Source: an uncultured Alphaproteobacteria bacterium (GTDB lineage: Bacteria > Pseudomonadota > Alphaproteobacteria > Sphingomonadales > Sphingomonadaceae). From it: 64,000 nt of DNA. The translations under genes and the position numbers were made by a program. Positions within the stretch are counted from its first letter, which is position 1; every line of letters begins with the position of its first letter. The notes under the pieces are model-generated. The model did not search any database. It saw only the letters and a program-made list of their open reading frames with translations, and was not told where the DNA came from. The stretch lies in assembly GCA_963774985.1 (NCBI GenBank), contig CAVZHE010000001.1, positions 94,808 to 158,807 on the forward strand. Reading direction: 5' to 3'. Positions 44,553 to 55,533 of the stretch are shown here, one piece after another.

Positions 44553-45167
44553 ATGCGCAAGGCCAAACATGGATATTTGGTAGCTGCCGCTGTGGCGCTA
44601 GTTGCGGGGGCGGGCGTGGTGCCTGCACCAGCTCAGGCGCAGGAAAAGTGGATCGGCCAGATCGTTCCGACAGCCGCAAACTTCTGCCCGCGCGGATCTG
44701 CGGATGCCAGTGGGCAGTTGATCCCGATTTCTCAGAATACGGCCCTGTTCTCGCTGCTCGGCACGACCTATGGCGGCAACGGACAGACCAATTTCGCCCT
44801 GCCAGATATGCGTGGGCGGCTGGAAATGCACGTCGGCCAGGGCCCCGGGCTGACTCCACGCGATCAGGGTGAAATGACCGGTCAGGAAAACACCACGCTG
44901 ACCACGCTCAACCTGCCCGCGCACACCCATAGCCCGCAAATGCGCGTGTCGAACGCCACTTCCACGCTGCGCAACCCGATCAACGCTTATATCGCCACTT
45001 CGCAGAACAACGCGTTCGATACCGCGGCACCGACCGTGCACCTGATGGCGGCCGATGCGATCCAATCGAACACCGTTGGCAACAGTATTCCGTTCAACAA
45101 CATCCAGCCCAGCTTGGTGGTCCGACACTGCATCTGGTTGCAGGGTGTATATCCGCCCCGGCCTTGA
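44553..45167 (+). CDS. Phage tail-collar domain (Mdp/MdpB-like) secreted protein, paralog 1 of 3
   Basis: Signal peptide; NFCPRGSADASGQLIPISQNTALFSLLGTTYGGNGQTNFALPDMRGR...LPAHTHSPQMRV collar-domain motif. Confidence 0.75.
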   Translation: MRKAKHGYLVAAAVALVAGAGVVPAPAQAQEKWIGQIVPTAANFCPRGSADASGQLIPISQNTALFSLLGTTYGGNGQTNFALPDMRGRLEMHVGQGPGLTPRDQGEMTGQENTTLTTLNLPAHTHSPQMRVSNATSTLRNPINAYIATSQNNAFDTAAPTVHLMAADAIQSNTVGNSIPFNNIQPSLVVRHCIWLQGVYPPRP

Positions 45168-45205
45168 TCGTGGGTGAGGCGCAAGAAATTTCAGAGGGGG
45201 CAGCA

Positions 45206-45823
45206 ATGTCGAAAATCAGCAGGATTGTAGCGGGTTTGGCATGTGCAGCAATGCTGTCATTCGCAATGGTTCCGTCGGCGGCTAATGCGCAGGCGGGCGA
45301 GATGTACATCGGTGAGATTTTCACCACCGGGGCGAATTTTTGTCCCATCGACTCTGCCGAACTCAACGGCCAACTGCTCGCAATCAGTGAAAACGATGCC
45401 CTGTTTGCGTTGATCGGGACAATCTACGGCGGGGATGGACAGGAGACCTTTGCTCTGCCGGACATGCGCGGGCGGGTGCCGATCGGTCAGTTCCAGGGGC
45501 CGGGGCTAAGCAACCGGGTGATCGGCGAAACGCTCGGGCAGGAAACCATCACGCTCACCACGAGCAATATGCCCGCGCATTCGCACAGCCCGCAAATGCG
45601 CGTTGCCCGCGTCAACGCCACGCTTCGCAGTCCGATCGGGGCCTATATGGCCCGCTCCGCTACCAACGTTTACGATCCGACCGCTCCGGTCAGCAGCACG
45701 CTGGCTGCGGATGCGATCCAATCGAGCATTGTTGGTGGGAATCAGCCCTTCAACAATCTGCAGCCGGTGACTGTGAACCGCTTTTGCATCGTCCTGTTCG
45801 GCATCTTTCCATCGCGACCGTAA
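45206..45823 (+). CDS. Phage tail-collar domain secreted protein, paralog 2
   Basis: Same architecture and motifs as 44553..45167 (ALPDMRGR, AHSHSPQMRV). Confidence 0.75.
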   Translation: MSKISRIVAGLACAAMLSFAMVPSAANAQAGEMYIGEIFTTGANFCPIDSAELNGQLLAISENDALFALIGTIYGGDGQETFALPDMRGRVPIGQFQGPGLSNRVIGETLGQETITLTTSNMPAHSHSPQMRVARVNATLRSPIGAYMARSATNVYDPTAPVSSTLAADAIQSSIVGGNQPFNNLQPVTVNRFCIVLFGIFPSRP

Positions 45824-45871
45824 GTTCGCGCTGCCACAGGATCGATGACTTGCAGGATTAGGGGGAAGACA

Positions 45872-46477
45872 ATGCCCAGACTTACCAGAACCGCCGCCGC
45901 TCTCGCCTTCACCGCTGCCGCTTTCGGCATGGCAGCCCCGGCGCATGCGCAGGACAAATTCATGGCCGAGGTGTTCCCGGTCGCGTTCGATTTCTGCCCG
46001 CGCTACAGCCTCCCGGCTACCGGATCGATACTTCCCATCAATAATAACCAGGCCTTGTTTTCACTGCTCGGTACGACCTACGGCGGCAATGGCGTGACGA
46101 CCTTTGCTTTGCCCGATCTGCGCGGGCGATCGCCCATGCATGTTGGCCAGGGGCCGGGCCTGTCCCCCGTCACGCAAGGCGAGGCTTTTGGAACCGAAAC
46201 CTCCACCTTGACCATCAACAACATGGCCGCGCACAACCACAGCCCGCAGATGCGCGTCGCGCGCGTGAATGCCACCGGTACGAATCCTGTCGGCGCCTAC
46301 ATCGCCCGCGCGGTGGATAACCTCTACGATTCTGCCGCACCAACCGGCAACCTGATGGCCACCAATGCCATTCAAGAGAACATTATCGGCGGGAGCCAGC
46401 CGTTCAGCAACATGCAGCCGTCACTGGTGATCAACTATTGCATCGCGGTGTCCGGGATTTTCCCTTCGCGCAACTGA
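45872..46477 (+). CDS. Phage tail-collar domain secreted protein, paralog 3
   Basis: Same architecture (ALPDLRGR, AHNHSPQMRV). Confidence 0.75.
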   Translation: MPRLTRTAAALAFTAAAFGMAAPAHAQDKFMAEVFPVAFDFCPRYSLPATGSILPINNNQALFSLLGTTYGGNGVTTFALPDLRGRSPMHVGQGPGLSPVTQGEAFGTETSTLTINNMAAHNHSPQMRVARVNATGTNPVGAYIARAVDNLYDSAAPTGNLMATNAIQENIIGGSQPFSNMQPSLVINYCIAVSGIFPSRN

Positions 46478-46682
46478 GCCGTGGAACTGGCAAACGCGCC
46501 GGTCGCACCGGCAAAGCGGGCGCTCCATATCGGCAGCGCCCGTTTTTGTTTGCCTCGATCAATGTGCAGCATTGCCCGCCGGGTAATCCTGCGCCACCTT
46601 GCCGTTCATTCGGCATACAGGCCGTGATACCTTATATCAAATTGCGCGATCCTGCGGGATTGTCTGCCAGAGGGGATTCTCC

Positions 46683-48180
46683 ATGACCAAACGCCTGTTC
46701 GCCGCCGCCCTGCTCACCGCATCGGCTCTCGCCGCCCCGTCTTTCGCGCAGCAGCAGGACCCAGGCTCGGATGAAACCGCGCAGGGCGATGTTTCGGTAA
46801 CGATTTACCAGAACAACCAGTCGCTGGTGCAGGATGTCCGCCAGCTGGAAATCCCGCGCGGCCGCACGCGGATCGAATTTCCCGATGTCTCGGCGCAAAT
46901 CCGCCCCGAAACCCTCAGCTTCGCCGCCGATGGCACCGCGATTGTCGAACAGAATTTCGATTTCGACCTGCTTACCCCGGCCAAAGCTGATGGAAAAAGC
47001 CATCGGTCAGACGGTAACGCTGATGCGCACCAATCCGGCCACCGGGGTCGAGACCACGCGAACAGGCCGAAGTGCTCTCGGTCGTCGGCGGCGTGGTGGT
47101 CCGGATCGGTGACCGGATCGAGGTGCTGCGCGACGATGGCCTGCCGGTGCGGGTGATCTTTGACGGCGTGCCACCCAATCTGCGCGCCCGCCCGACGCTT
47201 TCGGTCACGCTGGACTAGCACGCGCGGCGGCACCCGCGAGGCCTCGATCCGTTATCTCACGCCGGGGCTGGGCTGGAGCAGCCGACTATGTCGCGCTGTA
47301 TGACGAAGCGCGCGGCACGGTGGATATGCAGGGCTGGGTGACGCTGACCAACAACACCGGCACCACCTTCCACAATGCCGATACGCTGCTGGTGGCGGGC
47401 AATCCCAATGCAGGAGGCGGCGGCGGTCGTCCGCGCGGCGATCTGGTCCGCCCCGGCACCGAAACGGCAGACCGCGAGCGGCTGGGCGATTTCTACCTCT
47501 ATCCCATCGAGGGCCGCACCACGATTGCCAATGCGCAGACCAAGCAGGTCAGTTTCCTCGACGTGCAGGGCGTTCCCGCCCGGCGGATTTACTCTATCGG
47601 CAGCTACTGGTTGCAAGGCGACAGCGATTTCCGCCCCGCCTCCACCGCGATCAGCTTCAATTCCAGCCGTGAAGGCGGGCTGGGCGATGCGCTGCCCGCA
47701 GGAACGGTGCGGTTTTACCAGAACGATGCGGAGGGCAATCCGCAGTTCATCGGCGAGAACGGCATCGGCCACACCCCGATGGGCAGCACGCTTTCCTTGC
47801 GCACCGGCGACGCCTTCGACGTTTACATGCAGGCCGAGGTGGAAAACCGCGCGGTCATATCACCGCCGCCGAATACGAACGCAGTGCCCGCTATCGCGTG
47901 TATCGAGGATGGCGAGTTGGTGCGCGAAGTGCAGGTTGACCGCGCGGTCGATTATTACCGCACCACCATGCGCTACACCTTCACCAATGCGAAGCCCGAG
48001 CCGGTCGAGGTCGAACTGACACAGGGCGGGCTCGATCAGGGCTGGTGGGGCCGCGATTTCCGGGTGATTTCGGAAGATGTCGCGGGCGAACAGGTCAATT
48101 TCGGGTGAGCGGCTCTACCGCGTCACCGTGCCTGCCAATGGCGAGCGGGTGGTGCGGGTGACTTACGAGTCGCGGTACTA
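46683..48180 (+). CDS. DUF4140/DUF4139 (MuiA-like) secreted protein; about three frame breaks
   Basis: Signal peptide; N-terminal VSVTIYQNNQSLVQDVRQLEIPRGRTRIEF (DUF4140-like) and long C-terminal DUF4139-like region ending VTYESRY. Confidence 0.55.
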
Positions 48181-48214
48181 AGGTCGTGGCGATGTGCGCA
48201 CTTCCCACCTCCCA

Positions 48215-48330
48215 TTGGCTGCGCCGGCTCCCGCTTCAGCGGGAGGGGCCGGGGGTGGCGGTCTGTCCATCTCCAGCTCGTGCCGCTGGACGGGCAGCCT
48301 CCAGATCACTAACCTCCTCCCCTTGCAAGA
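48215..48330. repeat. Palindromic element (family B-like) between the two DUF4139 paralogs
   Basis: CCCGCTTCAGCGGGAGGGGCCGGGGGTGG... shares the arm sequence of the 1712-1816 copy. Confidence 0.45.
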
Positions 48331-49952
48331 CGGGAGTGGGCTATTGCTGCCTTCGCGCTTCCTGCATCCTCCTCACCACCCCCGCCACCGCGCAGGACCG
48401 CACTATCAGTCGAAGCCTCCGCCCCCGAAAGCCTCGCCGTCACCGTCTATCGCGATCCCAACCGCGGCGTCAGGGCAGGCGATGAACCGCAATTGGCCGC
48501 AAGGCTTTGCGATGATCTCCGAAACCCGCACCGTCACCCTGCCGCCGGGCCGCTCGACGATCCGGTTTGACGGGGTGGCCGAGGGCATGGTGGCGGTCTG
48601 CGCCATCGTCACCGGCCTGCCCGGCGGCACCATCGAGAAGAACCGCAACGCCGATCTGCTCAGCCCCGCCGCGCTGGTGGACGGGATGCTCGGCAACCGC
48701 GTCACGGTCACCCGCACCGATCCCGCCACGGGCGAGGAAGCAGGCCGAAAGCGCCGTGGTCCGCACCCGCGCCGATGGCGGGCTGGTGCTGCAAACGGCG
48801 GAAGGGTACGAGGCGGTGCGCTGTTCCGGCCTGCCCGAACGGCTGAGCTTCGACGGCACTTCCGCAGGGGCTATCCGCCAATCCGGTCTTCACTATCGAT
48901 ACGGCAGACGATAGCGGCGGCACCTATACGGTCACGCTCACCTATCTCGCCTGGGGGTTCGACTGGCAGGCGAATTACGTCGCCACCATCCACGAAGGCC
49001 GCGAGGCGGACGATCTGCGCTTCGATCTGACCAGCTGGCTGACGATTCTCAACGACAACGGCCAGAGCTTCCCCGGCGCGGAGCTGATGGCGGTGGCGGG
49101 CACGCTGAATGTGGTGAGCGATTTTCAGGGGCTGGCCGATCCGCCCGATGCGCGGCCGCTGCAATTGACCTGCTACCCGATTGGCAGCACGGCGGCGGGG
49201 TCGCCGCTGTTATTATCCGGCCGCTCCGCGCCCGAGCGCGCCACACGGCGCCGCCGATGTCGTGCGGCGCGATCATGGTGACGGCGCAGCGCGGATGCGA
49301 GGCCCGATGCGATAGCCATGGTCGTGTCGGTGATGGCCATGCAGGCGCAGGAGAATCGCTCGGCGATCTCAAACTCTACCGCATTCCCATGCCGGTGGAT
49401 GTGAACGCACAGGGGCTCAAGCAAGTGGCCTTCCTGCAAGAGGAGGATGTCGAAGGCGAGCTGGTCTATGACGCCGCGTGCAGCGGCTGGGAATGGGGCA
49501 ATACCGATCCGGTAGCGGCGGGGATGCGGATTGAAACGGTCAACGATGAAGAGCACGGCCTTGGCGTGGCGCTTCCCAGTGGTTCGGTGGCGGTGTTCGA
49601 GCGCGGGCCGCTCGGCGAAATGCTGGTGGCGGAGGATTCGCTGCGCGATTACGCGAGCGGGCAGGATGTCGATATCCGGCTGGGTCCCAGCGCACAGGTG
49701 TTCTCCTCGTGCCGCGCGGTGGACGGCGTCGATCCGCGCGAAGGCAAGGGCGGCTGGGCGCGGATGGAAACCACGCTCAGCAATGCCAATCCCAATCCAG
49801 TGACGGTGCGCCTCTATCTCGGCTTCCCCGCGCAATGGCACTTCAGCGGCGCGGGCGAAGGAATGGACGAGGGGCAGCGAATCGTTGAAGCGACCGTTCC
49901 TGCGAATGGCACGCGGACGGTAGCGTGGCGGGTTCGGCCTGTGACAGAATAG
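48330..49952 (+). CDS. Second DUF4140/DUF4139 (MuiA-like) paralog; several frame breaks, start uncertain
   Basis: LAVTVYRDPNRG...TRTVTLPPGRSTIRFDGVAEG N-terminal pattern parallel to the first paralog; C-terminal region ...TVAWRVRPVTE. Confidence 0.45.
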
Positions 49953-50014
49953 GCAATTTATCGCTGAAATTCAGCACGAAATTTCGGCGATTGAACAAAT
50001 CCGATAAAAATTTC

Positions 50015-50029
50015 GTTCCACTCTTGTTC
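50015..50029. promoter_or_regulatory. Alphaproteobacterial LexA box GTTC-N7-GTTC upstream of recA
   Basis: GTTCCACTCTTGTTC about 75 bp upstream of the recA start, in an AT-rich promoter region; overlapping GTTCTTACGGAAC palindrome follows. Confidence 0.6.
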
Positions 50030-50105
50030 TTACGGAACAAACTGGGTACACAGGCAGCAGTTGATGAGTTCATGGGAACTCTGGTGAACTGACGGAGGCC
50101 GTGTC

Positions 50106-51175
50106 ATGGCGAGTGCTAACCTGAAGCTTGTGGAAAAGGAATCCAGATGTGGACCGTCAGAAGGCGCTCGAAGCAGCCCTCGCGCAGATAGATCGCGCAT
50201 TCGGCAAAGGTTCGGCGATGAAGCTGGGCAGCAAGGAAGCGATGAATGTGGAGGCGATCTCCACCGGCTCGCTGGGGCTGGATATCGCGCTCGGCATCGG
50301 CGGCCTGCCCAAGGGCCGGGTGATCGAGATTTACGGCCCGGAAAGCTCGGGCAAGACCACGCTTGGCGCTGCACGTGCTCGCCGAAGCGCAGAAGGCCGG
50401 CGGCACGGTGGCCTTCATCGATGCCGAACACGCGCTCGATCCGATCTATGCCCGCAAGCTGGGGGTGGATATCGATGAACTGATTATCTCGCAGCCCGAT
50501 ACCGGCGAACAGGCGCTGGAAATCGTCGATACGCTGGTGCGTTCGAACGCGATCGATGTGCTGGTGGTCAATTCGGTCGCCGCGCTGGTGCCGCGCGCCG
50601 AGATCGAGGGCGAGATGGGGGACAGCCATGTCGGACTGCAGGCGCGGCTGATGTCGCAGTCCTTGCGCAAGCTGACCGGTTCGATCAGCCGTTCGAAGTG
50701 CATGGTGATCTTCATCAACCAGCTGCGCATGAAAATCGGGGTGATGTACGGCAATCCGGAAACCACCACCGGCGGTAACGCGCTGAAGTTCTATGCATCG
50801 GTCCGGCTGGACATCCGCCGCACCGGCCAGATCAAGGACCGCGACGAGGTGATCGGCAACACCACCCGCGTGAAAGTGGTCAAGAACAAGGTCGCCCCGC
50901 CGTTCAAGCAGGTCGAATTCGACATCATGTATGGCGAAGGCATTTCCAAGATCGGCGAAATTCTCGATCTCGGCGTGAAGGCCGGGATCGTCGAGAAGTC
51001 CGGGTCGTGGTTCAGCTATGACAGCATCCGGATCGGCCAGGGCCGGGAAAATTCGAAGGCTTTCCTCAAGGAAAACGAAGAGCTTTGCGCCAAGTTGGAA
51101 GCTGCCATCCGCAGCAAAACCGACGCGGTCGCCGAGGTAATGTTGTCGGAGCCGGACGCGAACTCCGAAGACTGA
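50106..51175 (+). CDS. recA: Recombinase A; two apparent frame breaks (about 50150 and about 50370)
   Basis: [12 protein letters not shown] / [21 protein letters not shown] / GPESSGKTT Walker A / ...[25 protein letters not shown], across three frames. Confidence 0.9.
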
Positions 51176-51394
51176 TCCTCAAGAGGGCCGGTGCAGGTAC
51201 ATCCATCGCACAGGGATGTAGCTGATCCACCAGCCTTGCGAAACCGGAGCCGGCAACGGCGGGCTCAGTCGCCCGTCAGCGCCGGCTTCTTCGCTTTTGG
51301 TCCGGCTTCTTCGTGTTGGCCAGCGCTCAATTGGTATTGTCTCATACCATTCGCCCTGGCTATCAGCCGGTGTCAGGCAACAGGGGACGCGGCA

Positions 51395-52222
51395 TGATGG
51401 ACAAGAGCGAGTGGCAGGGCAACGTCGGCAGCCAGCTGGGCCGCAGAATGGCGCCGGACTGATCGCAGCTTCGGCGTGCTGACCGAACAATTGCTTGCCT
51501 CCCTGCGCCATTTCGTATTCTGCCGCAAGTGCTCGATATCGGTTGCGGGGCGGGCGAATTGTCGCTGGCCATTGCCCGCAGCAGTCCCGATGCGCGGTGA
51601 CTGGGGGTCGATGTTGCGCCGCAGTTGATTGATGCAGCGCGGGGACGGGCTGCGCATCTTGCCAATGTCGCAGTTCGCGCTTGCCGATGCCGCCGAATGG
51701 CAACGCGATCCCGCCGAAGCGCCAGATTTGCTTGTTTCGCGCCACGGCGTGATGTTCTTCGCCGATCCGCCCGCCGCCTTCGCCAATCTTGCCGCGCAGG
51801 CCGCACCCGAGGCGGGCTGCTGTTCTCCTGCTTCCGCTCGCCAGCGAAAATCCCGTTTTTCAGCGAAATCGTCCGCCTGCTTCCCGATCCTGCCGAACGC
51901 GGCAATCCGCATGCGGCCGGTCCCTTCGCCTTTGCCGATGGCACACGGGTTCGCGCCATTCTCAGCCAAAGCGGCTGGGCCGGATATTCGGTCGACGCCG
52001 GTCGATTTCCCGATGATCGCCGGGACCGGAGCAGATCCCATCGGCGAAGCGGTGGCCTATTTTTCCCGTATCGGCCCCGCCGCCAAGGCTGCGGCGGAGA
52101 TGGAACCAGCGGCGCGCGAACGCTTCTTCGAAAGAGTTCGCGCCCTTGCCGAACGCCACGAACATGGCGGCATCGTCTCCCTGCCTGCCGCGGCGTGGAT
52201 CGTCACCGCGCGCAAGGGTTGA
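51395..52222 (+). CDS. Class I SAM-dependent methyltransferase; frame-broken
   Basis: VLDIGCGAGELSLAIA (motif I), VTGVDVAPQLIDAAR (motif post-I) spread over frames. Confidence 0.5.
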
Positions 52223-52322
52223 TGCCGTGTCTCGCCACCACTCCTGCCTGATCGCCTGCACCGCCCACAGTATGTGCTGCATTGCGCTTGTCGCCGCGCC
52301 TCGCAACGCCTAATTCGCCCCG

Positions 52323-54979
52323 ATGCATTCGACCAACGACATTCGCCGCGCCTTTCTCGACTATTTCGGGGCTGACGATCACCAGGTCGTGCCATCGGCG
52401 CCGCTGGTGCCGTACAACGATCCACGCTGATGTTCGTCAACGCGGGGATGGTGCCGTTCAAGAACGTGTTCACCGGCCTTGAGACCCCGCCCGCACCGCG
52501 CGCTGCCAGCAGCCAGAAATGCGTGCGCGCCGGGGGCAAGCACAACGATCTCGACAATGTCGGCTATACCGCGCGCCATCTGACCTTCTTCGAAATGCTC
52601 GGCAATTTCAGCTTCGGCGACTATTTCAAGGAACGTGCGATCGAACTGGCCTGGGGCATGGTCACGCGCGAACTGGGTCTTGCCAAGGATCGGCTGACTG
52701 TCACCGTCTATCATACCGATGACGAAGCCTTCGACTTGTGGCGCAAGATCGCAGGACTGCCAGAAGAGCGCATCATCCGCATCCCCACCAAGGACAATTT
52801 CTGGGCGATGGGATCGGACGGCCCCTGCGGCCCCTGTTCGGAAATCTTCTGGGATCACGGCGCTTCGATTGCCGGTGGCCCGCCGGGTTCGCCCGAGGAG
52901 GATGGCGATCGCTTCGTCGAGATCTGGAACCTGGTGTTCATGCAGCACGTGCAGGATGCGGATGAGATCATCGGCAACCTGCCGCGCCCCAGTATAGATA
53001 CCGGGATGGGGCTGGAACGCATGGCCACCGTCATGCAGGGCGTCCACAATGTGTTCGAGACGGACACCTTCCGCACCCTGATCGATGCCAGCGAGGAGGG
53101 CGTGAAGGCCAAGGCCGACGCATCGACCATCGCCAGCCACCGAGTGATCGCCGATCATCTGCGCTCCACCAGCTTCCTGATTGCCGATGGCGTACTGCCG
53201 TCGAACGAAGGGCGCGGTTACGTGCTGCGCCGGATCATGCGCCGCGCCATGCGCCACGCACATCTGCTGGGGGCGGAAAAGCCGCTGATGCACCGTCTGG
53301 TGCCGACGCTGGTGAGTGAGATGGGGCAGGCCTATCCGGATCTCCCCCGCGCGCAGGCGCTCATCACCGAAGTACTTGAGCGTGAAGAGACCCGCTTCCG
53401 CCAGACGCTGGACAAGGGCCTGCGCCTGCTCGATGAGGAAAGCGCTGGGCTGGGCGAGGGTGACAGCCTGCCCGGTGAAACCGCGTTCAAGCTCTACGAT
53501 ACTTTCGGCTTCCCTTACGATCTGACCGAGGACGCTCTGCGCGCGCGCAACATCGGCGTGGACAGGGCGGGTTTCGATGCCGCGATGGCACTGCAAAAGG
53601 CTGCCGCCCGCGCCGCGTGGAAGGGTTCGGGCCAAGCTGCCGATGGCGAAGTCTGGTTCGACATCGCCGAGCGCGAAGGTGCGACCGAATTCACCGGCTA
53701 CAGCGCCAGCGAAGGCGAGGGCCGGGTGGTGGCGCTGGTGGTTGATGGCAAGGAGGTGCCCTCTGCCGATAGCGGGCAGGAGGTGATCGTGCTCACCAAC
53801 CAGACGCCTTTCTACGGTGAAAGCGGCGGGCAGATGGGCGACGCAGGCACCATCACCGGCGATCATCGACTGCACATCGCAGTCAAAGATACTTCCAAGC
53901 CGCTGGGCCGCCTGCACGCGCACCAAGGCACGATCAAGTCCGGACGAATCGCGGTAGGCGACACCGTCCACCTCGCCATCGATTCCGCGCGGCGCGACGC
54001 GATTCGTGCCAATCACTCCGCCACCCACCTCGCCCACGCGGCGCTGCGCAATCATCTGGGCGCGCATGTGACGCAGAAGGGTTCGCTGGTGGCCCAGGAC
54101 CGCTTCCGCTTCGATTTCTCGCACCCGAAACCGCTCTCAACGGCGGAAGTGGCCTCGGTCGAAGCCGAAGTGAACGCTGAAATCCGCGCCAACGAGGACG
54201 TGCGCACCCAATTGATGAGCCCGGACGATGCCATCGAGGCAGGCGCGATGGCGCTGTTCGGAGAGAAGTACGGCGAGGAAGTGCGCGTACTTTCCATCGG
54301 GCGTTCCAACTGGGAGGGATCGGGGCGGAACTACTCGGTCGAACTGTGCGGCGGCACCCATGTGCGCGCGACCGGCGATATCGGGCTTTTTCGGATTGTC
54401 AGTGAAAGCGCCGTCTCTTCGGGCGTACGGCGGATCGAGGCGCTGACGGGTGAGGCCGCGCGGCAATGGCTGGTGAACCGCGATGAAACGCTAAAGTCGG
54501 TCGCTGCCACGTTGCGCACCGCCCCCGATGAGGTCGAGGAGCGGGTTGCCGCCCTGGTGGACGAGCGCAAGCGGCTCGAACGCGAACTGGCCGAAGCGAA
54601 GAAGGCGCTGGCGCTGGGCGGCGGCTCAGGCGGGGCGGCTCCGGCGGCGGACGAGGATGTCGGCGGCGTAACTTTCTCCGGTCAGGTGCTGGAGGGCATG
54701 GACCCGCGCGAATTGCGTGGCCTGCTCGATGGCGCGAAGGCGCGGATGGGTTCGGGCGTGGCGGCGATTGTCGCGGTTAATGAAGGCAAGGCGGCGGTGG
54801 CCGTCTCTGTCACCGAGGACCTGCTTGGGCGATTCAGCGCGGTCGATCTGGTGCGCGCGGGTGTCGAGGCCGTGGGCGGCAAAGGCGGCGGCGGGCGTCC
54901 GGACATGGCGCAGGGCGGCGGCCCGGATGGCGACAAGGGTGCCGAAGCGATTGCCGCGATCAGGGCCGCTTTGGGATGA
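52323..54979 (+). CDS. alaS: Alanine--tRNA ligase; frame break near 52420
   Basis: [15 protein letters not shown]...[13 protein letters not shown] class II motifs, editing domain HxxxH/CxxxH, C-terminal DHHA1-like region. Confidence 0.9.
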
Positions 54980-55527
54980 AAGTGAGCGTCTCTCTTGCCG
55001 CATTCACCGCTGGCACCGCGCTGCTGGTCGCTTGCGATCCTTTGGCGAGTTCTGCCGTGCAGGACGAGCCGGCAACGGACACCGCCGATACGACAGAGCC
55101 TGAACGGGAGGTTCCGGACGGTTCTGATCAGGGGCAACGGACGAGCGATCCCGCTTGGCCTGAGGGCATGTTTGGCAGCGTCGAAATGTCTGGCGAAACT
55201 GGCGATCTGGGCGGGTTCGAAATCCGTTTTTACCAGGAGCACGATAGGCCGATGGCCGAATTCACCCTTTGCGAGGGTTGGTGCAATGAAAGCTTTCATT
55301 CTCCCGTATCGCGGGATGGCGATGCCTTTGTAGTCGAACATATCGAAACGCTGATCGGAGCGAAAGGACCGGAGCCGCATCAGGTGCGTCACCGTCTCAC
55401 TCCGGTGGCCACCGGGTTACGGTTTGAAAGCTGGTATGATGGGCAGCAACTGCCGTGGGGCGACGACTACATTCTCCCACCTATCGACGCCGCCTTCGGC
55501 CTCGATATTGCCAATAACCCCGACTAG
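54976..55527 (+). CDS. Hypothetical lipoprotein
   Basis: Lipobox LLVACDP; acidic linker; no assignable domain. Confidence 0.45.
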   Translation: MKVSVSLAAFTAGTALLVACDPLASSAVQDEPATDTADTTEPEREVPDGSDQGQRTSDPAWPEGMFGSVEMSGETGDLGGFEIRFYQEHDRPMAEFTLCEGWCNESFHSPVSRDGDAFVVEHIETLIGAKGPEPHQVRHRLTPVATGLRFESWYDGQQLPWGDDYILPPIDAAFGLDIANNPD

Positions 55528-55533
55528 TCTACC

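Noticed and set aside
51196-51220. Weak hairpin after recA (TACATCC...GGATGTA)
   Set aside because: It has only a 7 bp stem with mismatches and is too weak to call a terminator.
51179-51745. 188 aa minus-strand ORF downstream of recA (recX candidate)
   Set aside because: The composition is not RecX-like (Trp/Cys/Pro-rich). It overlaps a plus-strand SAM methyltransferase with clear motifs, so no recX was found here.
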